Shown here one piece after another: positions 61,078 through 64,000 of a stretch of 64,000 bases of DNA. The stretch lies in the NCBI GenBank assembly GCA_964035575.1, contig OZ037840.1:1612001-1676000 (forward strand), read 5' to 3'. A program made the position numbers and the translations under genes. Origin of the DNA: Rhynchopus sp. YZ270_cl-10 (lineage: Eukaryota). Below the pieces are notes generated by a model. That model did no database searches, was not told the origin of the DNA, and saw nothing but the letters and a program-made list of their open reading frames with translations. Positions within the stretch are counted from its first letter, which is position 1. Each line of letters opens with the position of its first letter.

Positions 61078-61940
61078 TAAAATGTATTTGTTTTTTTTTT
61101 TTTTGTGCATGAGGCACATTCAATAAAATTTTACAGTGCGCAAAAGGCTTATTGACTGTATGCTGATAGTGAGAGCACCAGAGCGCTTTTCCAGATATTC
61201 CTTTCTTTCTGATAGAGGTGTTTGCAAGGAGGCAGATTCATCTTTCAGATTTCTTCTTTTTTTTTTTTCATTTTTTTGGTGGAGTATTGCTACTCACCGC
61301 GTTAACGTCCTCACGGGGCACCTAGAACAGTGATAATTTTGTCGTTTCTTTCATTTGAGTCCACTTTGTTATCATAACCACAACAAACACAAACAAAAAA
61401 ATATTGGTGGAGTTCATCTTCGGGTGTCTACACTAAAACAACCAAGTTTTCAAAAAAAGCAAGGGTACTTCTTTAGCACCTTCTGTACCTTCTTTTCATT
61501 AGAAAAAGAATGTATATGAAACAATCTTTTCTTTCTTTTTTTCCCCGCAAAAATTACAAAAAAAATAAATAAAGAATAAAAAGAGAAACAATAAAAAAAA
61601 TAACAATTGCTTTTTGAGGAAATTTGCAAAAAAAAAAAAGCGAATCCCCAAATGACCAAAAAATGGGGTTACAAAAATAATACCCCACTCCACAACCTCT
61701 CCACAACCTCTCCCCACACCCCTCATTCATACCTGTCTCCATTGACAAGGTTGGTTGATAAACAAAATACTCCTAAATAACGAAAAAAAAAAACTCCTGA
61801 AATTCCCCTCCCTTTTTTTTTCTGTCAGATGTAAACCACGAAATGGATGGTTGGGGGGGGCCCACCTACCCATGACAGTTGTACCAAAGGTACACTGTTC
61901 ATGAGAAGGCTTTGTATTTCAACTTTTTTAAAACCATAAC

Positions 61941-62470
61941 TGGAGCGTTTTAGGGTCTGTGGGATGACGCCCGATGACGGCCGATGACAGCACGATTACG
62001 TTTTTTTCTTTTTTTGGGTACTGTGTATACTGTGTATACTGTGTATACTGTGTATACTGTGTATACTGTGTATACTGTGTATACTGTGTATACTGTGTAT
62101 ACTGTGTATACTGTGTATACTGTGTATACTGTGTATACTGTGTATACTGTGTATACTGTGTATACTGTGTATACTGTGTATACTGTGTATACTGTGTATA
62201 CTGTGTATACTGTGTATACTGTGTATACTGTGTATACTGTGCGTACTTGTCCATTTCGGAAAATTGACCCCACCACTGGCCGGACGGTTTCCGAAAATGC
62301 AAATGCCGGTGTTTAAAAGCTTCACCAAGGATTTCACCGAGGAAAAAAAAATTTCCCCTAGCACGATGATTCCCGATTATGCACGATTACTCAGGATTAC
62401 GCACGATGACGCCCGATGACGGCCGATGACACCCGATTTAGCGCGATTCACCCCCCCGGAAAACGCTCCA
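61941..62470. mobile_element. TG...CA-ended element with 5-bp TSD, containing a (CTGTGTATA)n array
   Basis: ataac|tggagcgtttt ... aaaacgctcca|ataac; ~24 copies of the 9-mer at 62021-62241. Confidence 0.75.
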
Positions 62471-62583
62471 ATAACGCAGTGCAGAAGGGTTGGGTAATAG
62501 AAGTGGTACATAAAAACAAAAAAAAGATAAAAAAAAAAATAGTGGAGTTCATCCTCGGGTGTCTACACTAATACAAAACCAAG

Positions 62584-63327
62584 CAGGCCTTTTGCTAACT
62601 TTGGGATTTTCCCCAGGAATGGCATGATGGTCAAAAAAAAATAATTTCCTGGAAAAAAAGTACATTCCGAGCTTTCCCACCTGGTAAAAGCGGTCGTCGC
62701 GCGCTTCGCGCGCGCCTCCCTGACAGCCACAGGATGGAGAGGCGAAGGGTCAGCTTTGCAAGATAACAAAAAAAAACGGAATCTAATCCTTTATTAACGG
62801 TGCTTGGTCTTGCGCCTTACGTACACTGACCGTACAAAATCACTACGTCTTCCAGAAGCAGGGGCTGTTGCAACGGTTGGGTCACTTTGAAATAACAATG
62901 GTAAAATTTTTGCAGCTTGGGTCAAGTTTCATTTCTGGCTGCAAAATGCAAGGGAATCCCCTTAGACATTGTAAAATGGCACCGTAGGCAGGAAGAAAAT
63001 AGCGTACAGCGCGAGCGAAGCGAGCGGGAATTTTTTTTTTTTAGGTATACCTCCGCGAGCGCAGCGAGCAGAAAAATTTTAAGGTGCCATCATGCCATCA
63101 TGCCATCATGCCATCATGCCATCATGCCATCATGCCATCATGCCATCATGCCATCATGCCATCATGCCATCATGCCATCATGCCATCATGCCATCATGCC
63201 ATCTGGGTGATGGAGAGCGAAAGCCCTGCCCCACCACCCCCCGTGGCATGATGGTGGCATGATGGAAAAAAAAATAAAAAACGCCCAAAAACGTGGCATG
63301 ATGGCATGATGGTTAGCAAAAGGCCTG
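62584..63327. mobile_element. CAGG-ended TIR element containing a (GCCATCAT)n array
   Basis: aaaaccaag|caggccttttgctaac ... gttagcaaaaggcctg|aaaaccaag; ~15 copies of the 8-mer at 63085-63203; an uninterrupted copy of the target repeat lies at 61408-61459. Confidence 0.85.
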
Positions 63328-63367
63328 AAAACCAAGTTTTCAAAAAAGAGGGGAAAAAATCCACACT

Positions 63368-63515
63368 ATGGGTTCCGCACAGTCCGAGCCTCTGCGTTAC
63401 GGCCACCCGATGTCGAAAGAGGACTTCAACCGTGCTGCCACGAAGCTGATGGAGGAACACCATGACGACTACGTGAACATTGACCACTGTGTCAACGACA
63501 CCAATGCTGTCAACG
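63368..63515 (+). CDS. exon 1 of a small protein with an N-myristoylation-type start
   Basis: MGSAQSEPLRYGHPMSKEDFNRAATKLMEEHHDDYVNIDHCVNDTNAVN; donor G|GTATGT at 63516, phase 1. Confidence 0.7.
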
Positions 63516-63819
63516 GTATGTGTATAAGTGTTTGATTAACTAATATGGGGGGTAATTCTTGCACAGAGTTATGGCCCCCAGCCGTGAGGTGTGGGGAGAC
63601 ATTTTTAGAATTAAACTCTTCCCCCCCCCCCAAACCTTCTTTCGTCTCTAGTTTTCTTTATCCAAATGTCGAGTGGATGATTTAGTAACGAAGCTTGCTT
63701 TAAAGGAGAAAATAGTATTACCGTGTACGCCAAATCATCCGTCAAACAGGAGGATTTTGTGCAATCAACGAAAAACAACTTTACCTACCCCGATCCTACT
63801 AATTTTTTTTAATTTACAG

Positions 63820-64000
63820 AACCTGTTACGATGCGGTGTCAGAAGGAGCTTGCTGCATGGAACTTCCACGTACTTACGTCGTTTTGCAATACCTTGTATG
63901 AAGGCACTGCAAAATGCCAGAAGGAAGCCAAGAACTGGCGCACCGACTGCAAGGAGGAGACCAACGAAATGATGATGTGCGGGGATGAGCACTCCCGCCG
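63820..64000 (+). CDS. exon 2, twin CX9C (CHCH-like) domain; runs off the window
   Basis: Branch-like tactaat, T tract and ttacag| at 63819; the frame continues EPVTMRCQKELAAWNFHVLTSFCNTLYEGTAKCQKEAKNWRTDCKEETNEMMMCGDEHSR. Confidence 0.7.

Noticed and set aside
62801..62890. Candidate last exon (CLVLRLTYTDRTKSLRLPEAGAVATVGSL*) for the 58053 membrane protein
   Set aside because: It has no AG acceptor and lies inside the 62584-63327 TIR element.
1..64000. tRNA, rRNA or spliced-leader RNA genes
   Set aside because: No cloverleaf, rRNA or mini-exon signature was recognised by eye; tRNAscan and Infernal would be needed to exclude them.

Overview
Eukaryotic, repeat-rich genomic DNA. It is most likely from a euglenozoan protist such as a diplonemid; this is inferred from all host genes lying on the + strand, pyrimidine-rich AG sites just upstream of the ATGs, a multi-TM class III cyclase, secreted CAZymes and GT-AG introns. 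Genes: a tandem array of ten secreted di-cysteine-repeat (galaxin-like) proteins (8.3-29.1 kb), eight of them with a near-invariant core and hypervariable loops; two tandem GH27 alpha-galactosidase-family genes that share spacer DNA with that array; a double AN1 zinc-finger protein; a transmembrane adenylate cyclase; an intron-containing membrane protein with CHB_HEX_C/Fn3-associated-like repeats; and a spliced MG-x-x-x-S, twin-CX9C protein at the right edge that the ORF track misses. Non-coding DNA holds many non-autonomous TIR elements with readable target-site duplications (2, 3, 4, 5, 6 and 9 bp), including a 13.7-kb nest at 39.6-53.3 kb. One ~1.2-kb cargo sequence recurs inside four unrelated TIR wrappers, several elements carry perfect G3-tract satellites, and short dispersed motifs (notably a ~32-nt bulged hairpin, more than 20 copies) were seen only in the sense orientation. 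All calls are by eye; no searches were run.
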